A stretch of 63,803 nt of DNA, filler included, from Nemertoderma westbladi (Eukaryota; Animalia; Xenacoelomorpha): the NCBI GenBank assembly GCA_032718475.1. It is 3 parts of 3 records of this genome, joined end to end, with 100 filler letters (N's around TTAATTAATTAA, not from the genome) between each part and the next. Parts side by side here need not be neighbours in the genome. Positions count along the whole stretch, not along the records: positions 60,158 to 63,803 come from JAUCBJ010007837.1; 2 more parts are not named here. One strand, given 5' to 3'. A program made the position numbers and the translations under genes. The notes beneath the pieces are model-generated. The model had not been told where the DNA came from, did no database searches, and saw nothing but the letters and a program-made list of their open reading frames with translations. Shown in pieces: positions 62,326-63,803 of the stretch (its first letter is position 1; each line of letters begins with the position of its first letter).

Positions 62326-63620
62326 GGTATACAGACGTTTCGGCCTAGGACGTTTCGGTCCAGGACGTTTCGGCCCGGACATTTCGGCCCGGACAATTCG
62401 GCCCGGACGTTTCGGCCCATGACTGTAAACGAATGAAAAGGCCAACTTGTTTGATATGATAATAATTATTCATTAAAATTATAATTATTTCACAATAACA
62501 TACAAACACTTAATAAAATATATTTTATGAAAATGTTATTTAATTTCAAAATAAAATAAACATTATGCATGTGGTGCTCTGGTTCCATAGACAATTCGCC
62601 ATCAATTATGTTATGCGGCCGAAAAAATGTAAGACAGAACAAATCTATTGGTCTCGAGTACCACATTGCTAATATACAGTACTACCAAAGTGAATCAATT
62701 TCACGAAACATGTAGGGCTTAACTGATCGATATAATTTGGAGATACTCCATAAACTTTAAACATTACTCAATTGCTAATTCTTGTGGCTGGACAATGTGT
62801 TGCAGCTATGTCTTATGATCTGTTGAAACAATAACTCTCATCTTCGATGATAGATGATTTTCATTTATACCCATAGATAACGACATATAATGATTTTAAT
62901 AATACATATTTTATTTCACTTCACATCCACTCTGGCCCTTTTAATACCCATATATTTCATGTAAATTTAAATTTAATACGCATATATTTCATGTAAATTT
63001 AAATTTAATACGCATATATTTCCTCTAAATTTAAATTTAATACCCATATATTTTATCTCATTCCATATGACATCCAGTCTGTCTCATAATTATTAGCATT
63101 GCTCCTTTTGGGAATATTTCTTATCTATTAGATTTTTAAGTCTAACATTAAAATACAGTAGCCCCTAATAATTTTAATTTGGTGTATTTTAATGCACTTT
63201 ATTTGGACTCACATTTTAAAATACGTATGTTTTTTTTTATGGGGGAAACCCCATCATCATAATACTGAAGTTAATTTGTCAGCATATGTTTCTTTGTTCT
63301 AAGTTACAGTATAGTGTCAATTTATATTAATAAATAATAATAATAATAATATTACATTAGTTATTATTTATAAATATAATTTAGAACTTCGATCTTGACG
63401 ACTTTCAAACAAGTGTCAGAGCAGTTCCTACTGACAACTCCTTTTGTAACGATGGTAACAACTACAAAACAAATATATTGAATAACTTATTATTAATAGC
63501 TTATTTAAGGGAGTAAAGTTAATCTTTGGGCCAAAACGTCCGACAAGCAAATCTTGTTTTTCATTCATTGGGCCGAAACGTCCTAGGCCAAAACGTCTTA
63601 GACCGAAAGGTCTGTTACCC
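62326..63620. mobile_element. Non-autonomous MULE/MuDR-type element with a 9-bp TSD
   Basis: CAGTAAAAC at 62317-62325 and 63621-63629; imperfect GG-starting TIRs; 15-bp subterminal repeats GGACGTTTCGGCCC; internal ~34-bp AT-rich tandem at ~62940-63055. Confidence 0.85.
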
Positions 63621-63803
63621 CAGTAAAACTCTTTTACTGTCTAAACGATGTAAACAAAACTCACTGATGCTCCACTGAACATTCACACTAATTCCAACTC
63701 CTCCAAAACAGTAGAATTATAGGCCTACCCTAAACGTATTCCACACTATACCATGCCGAAAAAAAAACTTTTTTCATTTTTCCATTCATTTTATATCTGT
63801 ATC

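Overview
AT-rich, repeat-dense animal (probably invertebrate) genomic scaffold with two assembly gaps, each an N-run containing a TTAATTAATTAA linker. Most of the window is nested transposable elements. These include a young RTE-clade LINE family with (TAG)n tails, three copies of which alternate +/-/+ and form a ~5.4 kb inverted repeat, plus CR1/Crack-like, Rex1-like and CRE-like LINE relics. A BEL/Pao LTR-retrotransposon cluster has five related ~1.2 kb LTRs or LTR fragments, gag-pro on +, RNaseH-integrase on -, and unexplained accessory ORFs before a 3' LTR. DNA transposons with readable TIRs and TSDs include piggyBac, pogo, a foldback hAT, a MULE and a probable P-element excision footprint. 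Host-like genes are an intronless TRIM-like RING/B-box gene with a coding VNTR, a two-exon C2H2 zinc-finger gene, a frameshifted intronless zinc-finger gene, and a two-exon secreted three-finger (Ly6/uPAR)-like gene that the ORF track only partly captures. All family calls come from motif recognition by eye; no database search was run.
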